Below, piece by piece: positions 61,749 to 64,000 of a stretch of DNA of 64,000 nt. The notes beneath the pieces are model-generated. The model ran no database searches, was not told the origin of the DNA, and saw only the letters and a program-made list of their open reading frames with translations. Each line of letters starts with the position of its first letter. The first letter of the stretch is position 1. The position numbers were made by a program, and so were the translations under genes. The DNA is taken from the NCBI GenBank assembly GCA_041398025.1, contig JAWKVM010000006.1:516-64515 (forward strand). Reading direction: 5' to 3'. The stretch comes from Alphaproteobacteria bacterium. GTDB taxonomy: Bacteria > Pseudomonadota > Alphaproteobacteria > Geminicoccales > Geminicoccaceae.

Positions 61749-63782
61749 TCAGCCCTGGCCGCGCCGCCTGCGCCTTTCCCGCCGCCCGCTCGCTTCCGGC
61801 TCGTCCGCCTGCTCCGGCAGGGTGACGATCTTTTGCAAATTCGAGAAATCGGCATCCGCATGCGGGATCGCCATGGCCTTGACGAAATGCTCCTGGAAGC
61901 GGGGCTCGACCGCGGTCTCGACCTTTTCGATGCGGCGGACCACGTCTTCGATCTCGCGCCGGGCATTGCGATTGAGAAGCGCGATGCGCGCGCCGGTGCC
62001 CGCGGCATTGCCCGCAGACGACACCTTGTCGAGGTCGCAGTCGGGGATCAGGCCGAGGACCATGGCGTATTTGACGTCGATATGGCTGCCGAAGGCGCCG
62101 GCGAGCGTGATCCGGTCGACCTTGTCCACGCCCATCTTGTCCATCAGCAACCGTGCACCGGCATAGAGGGCCGCCTTGGCGAGCTGGATCGCGCGGATGT
62201 CGTTCTGGGTGATGCGGATCTCCGGCTCGCCCTCCTGAATCAGGTAGGAGAAGGTGCGGCCATCCGGCTGGATGCGCGGGCTGAGCGCGGCCTTGGCGCC
62301 GTCGATCATCCCGTCCTTCCGGATGATGCCGGCGAGATACATCTCGGCGATCACCTCGATGATGCCCGAGCCGCAGATCCCCGTCGCGCCGGACGCCGGC
62401 TCGTCGACGCTGCCGCGGTCCGGGTCATGCCGTCCGAGCACTCCGGTCGACCACGTGTCGGAGCCGATCAGCTTGAAGCGGGGCTCCAGGGTCTCGGGGT
62501 CGATGCGCACGCGCTCGATGGCACCGGGGGCGGCGCGCTGGCCGCAGGAGATCTGGGCGCCCTCGAAGGCCGGGCCGGTGGGCGAGGAGGCGGCCATCAG
62601 GCGATCCTTGTCGCCCAGGATGATCTCGGCATTGGTGCCGACGTCGACGATCAGGGTCATGTCCTCGGCGAGGTAGGGCGTCTCGCTCAGGACCACGCCC
62701 GCCGCGTCGGCCCCGACATGGCCGGCGATGCAGGGAAGCACGTAGACGCGCGCGCTTGGATTGGTGGCATGGATGGCGAGCTCGCTCGCCCAGCAGACCA
62801 CGGCCTCGTCGATCGCGAGCGCGAAGGGCGCGCCGCCGAGCTCGGTCGGATCGATGCCGAGCAGAAGATGATGCATGATCGGGTTGCCGACGAAGGTCAG
62901 CTCCAGGATTTCCGCGGGATCGACCATGGCCTCGGCAGCGAGCTGGCCGATCATGGCGGTGATCGTCTCGCGCACGGCAAGCGTCATCTCCTGATCGCCG
63001 CCCGGGTTCATCATGACGTAGCTGACCCGGCTCATCAGATCCTCGCCGAAGCGGATCTGCGGGTTCATCAGGCCGGCGGAGGCGACCACCTCGCCGCTCC
63101 TGAGCTCGATCAGGTGTCCCGCGATGGTGGTCGAGCCGATGTCGAAGGCGACCCCGTAGACCTTCTCCTGCAGCCCCGGCCAGAGCGCCACGATGCGGTT
63201 CTTTTCGTGCAGGGCGACCGTGACCTTCCAGTCCGCCTCGCGCAGCGTCTTCTGCACGAACTGAATGACACGCAGATCGGCGATGACGCCGGGCAGCCCC
63301 CACTGCTCCTCGAGCGCGCGTTCCAGGCGCAGGATGTCGCTCGCCTGGGCATGCATGTCCGGCGGGTCGACCTCGACATAGTGGAGGGTGACGACAGGAT
63401 CGAGCTGGATATCGCGGACTTCGACGCGCTTCCTGACGAGCTGACGATGCACCTGGCTTTCGGGCGGAATGTCCACCACCAGATCGCCGCGGAGGGCGGC
63501 CTGGCAGCCGAGACGGCGTCCAGGCTTCAGGCCCTTCCGCCGGTCGTAGCGCGCCTCCACCTCGCCCGCGGCCGAGGCATGGCTCGCCGCCGAGACGATG
63601 CCGTGCTTGGCGAACTCACCCTCGCCGAGCGCCACCTGGCAGCGGCCGCAAAGCCCGCGCCCGCCGCAGATCGAATCCAGATCCACGCCGAGCTTCTGCG
63701 CCGCCTGCAGCACGGTCGTGCCGCGGGGAAAGCGGCCGCGCTTGCCGGAGGGCGTGAACACGATCAGGGCATTGTCACTCAA
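61749..63782 (-). CDS. ASKHA-fold corrinoid reductive activase-like protein (RACo/RamA-like, DUF4445) with N-terminal 2Fe-2S ferredoxin domain
   Basis: The 677-aa ORF starts with a plant-type ferredoxin motif (SICGGRGLCGRCQV...CQA). ASKHA/actin-fold ATPase blocks follow (YGVAFDIGSTTIAGH; IVDVGTNAEI; GICGSGI). Confidence 0.85.
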   Translation of the reverse strand: MSDNALIVFTPSGKRGRFPRGTTVLQAAQKLGVDLDSICGGRGLCGRCQVALGEGEFAKHGIVSAASHASAAGEVEARYDRRKGLKPGRRLGCQAALRGDLVVDIPPESQVHRQLVRKRVEVRDIQLDPVVTLHYVEVDPPDMHAQASDILRLERALEEQWGLPGVIADLRVIQFVQKTLREADWKVTVALHEKNRIVALWPGLQEKVYGVAFDIGSTTIAGHLIELRSGEVVASAGLMNPQIRFGEDLMSRVSYVMMNPGGDQEMTLAVRETITAMIGQLAAEAMVDPAEILELTFVGNPIMHHLLLGIDPTELGGAPFALAIDEAVVCWASELAIHATNPSARVYVLPCIAGHVGADAAGVVLSETPYLAEDMTLIVDVGTNAEIILGDKDRLMAASSPTGPAFEGAQISCGQRAAPGAIERVRIDPETLEPRFKLIGSDTWSTGVLGRHDPDRGSVDEPASGATGICGSGIIEVIAEMYLAGIIRKDGMIDGAKAALSPRIQPDGRTFSYLIQEGEPEIRITQNDIRAIQLAKAALYAGARLLMDKMGVDKVDRITLAGAFGSHIDVKYAMVLGLIPDCDLDKVSSAGNAAGTGARIALLNRNARREIEDVVRRIEKVETAVEPRFQEHFVKAMAIPHADADFSNLQKIVTLPEQADEPEASGRRERRRRRGQG

Positions 63783-63854
63783 GGCTCAGCGTCTCCCGGG
63801 CCGGGTCGATCGAGAGCGCGGCGGCAGGCAGATGCCGCCCGTCTCCGTTAACCT

Positions 63855-63946
63855 CTTCTTAACCGCGATGGCGTAAAAAGCACACGCTTTCCTGGTCCAT
63901 GCGATCCTGGGAGTCCGTGCGCTCGCCAACTATCCTCCCTGCCGGC
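63855..63946. repeat. Second, inverted and partial copy of the hairpin repeat element seen at 12301-12412
   Basis: The reverse complement of 63892-63916 is GGACTCCCAGGATCGCATGGACCAG, identical to 12358-12382. Flanking similarity extends on both sides (gcgg(g)ttaaga; gccgg.a.g.a.g.t.gg.g.gcgc). The copy lies upstream of the RACo-like gene at the window edge. Confidence 0.5.
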
Positions 63947-64000
63947 GTTCCGATGATACATGTCGGCTACCTCGTCGGAGCGCCAGGCGGGACGGGACGG

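Noticed and set aside
61323-63851. An 842-aa plus-strand ORF.
   Set aside because: It is antisense to the RACo-like ASKHA/ferredoxin gene, which has clear family motifs. The plus-strand translation is Arg/Asp/Gly/His-rich low complexity.
63783-64000. A possible cobalamin riboswitch in the leader of the RACo-like gene.
   Set aside because: I could not find the B12 box (AGYCMGGAGACCKGCC-like) or the GGTGAAAATCC / GCCACTG-type conserved segments on the minus strand; ggagacgggcgg is only a superficial resemblance. A covariance-model scan is needed for a definitive answer.
1-64000. A search by eye for tRNA, rRNA, CRISPR arrays, IS or transposase genes, integrases, toxin-antitoxin pairs and prophage genes.
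   Set aside because: None were recognised: no T-loop GGTTCGA-type motifs, no regularly spaced short repeats, and no DDE, tyrosine-recombinase or other mobile-element protein motifs in any long ORF. The only repeats found are the palindromes and the hairpin element reported above.

Overview
This is gene-dense, high-GC DNA (by eye mid-60s % GC, not computed) that looks alphaproteobacterial and Rhizobiales-like; that placement is an inference from gene content and operon layout. I count about 55 protein-coding genes. I recognised no rRNA, tRNA, CRISPR array, transposase or integrase. Left to right: (1) an aconitase-X gene cut by the window edge, then a PAS/HAMP chemoreceptor with a small secreted protein upstream. 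(2) A minus-strand amine/guanidino catabolic cluster: agmatinase-family ureohydrolase, Na+/solute symporter, class-I amidotransferase, FAD oxidase and a glutamine-synthetase-like ligase. It has a divergent GntR regulator flanked by GTGATCAC palindromes. (3) An MFS transporter. (4) A copper module: a textbook MerR-type promoter, a copA-like P1B ATPase whose reading frame switches about 11 times, an intact cueR/hmrR, and a DUF411 gene. (5) phoD, and a tesA-like esterase divergent from a ybbA/ybbP-like ABC pair. (6) RraA-like and GST genes. (7) An orphan 537-aa AAA+/STAND-like P-loop NTPase on a lower-GC insert with a very AT-rich 5' flank. (8) A DMGDH-like gene, a non-Pyl MttB-family methyltransferase, an FAD oxidoreductase and a TRAP transporter. 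(9) A PotABCD-like ABC importer, an MBL hydrolase and a phosphonate-monoester-hydrolase-like sulfatase. (10) phnF divergent from phnGHIJKLM, with phnJ broken by about 4 indels in 175 bp and phnG missing its stop. (11) A VOC protein, a dpp-type ABC operon with no binding-protein gene, DUF192 and YeeE. (12) korAB. (13) A circularly permuted ATP-grasp plus alpha-E pair. (14) A shikimate-dehydrogenase-like gene, a small membrane protein and a RACo-like corrinoid activase. The best candidate for something undescribed is the orphan NTPase. Next come the corrinoid-protein-less MttB island and the ATP-grasp/alpha-E pair. The tight clustering of indels in copA, phnJ and phnG needs read-level verification before any biological reading. 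All functional calls come from motif and family recognition by eye; no database search was run.
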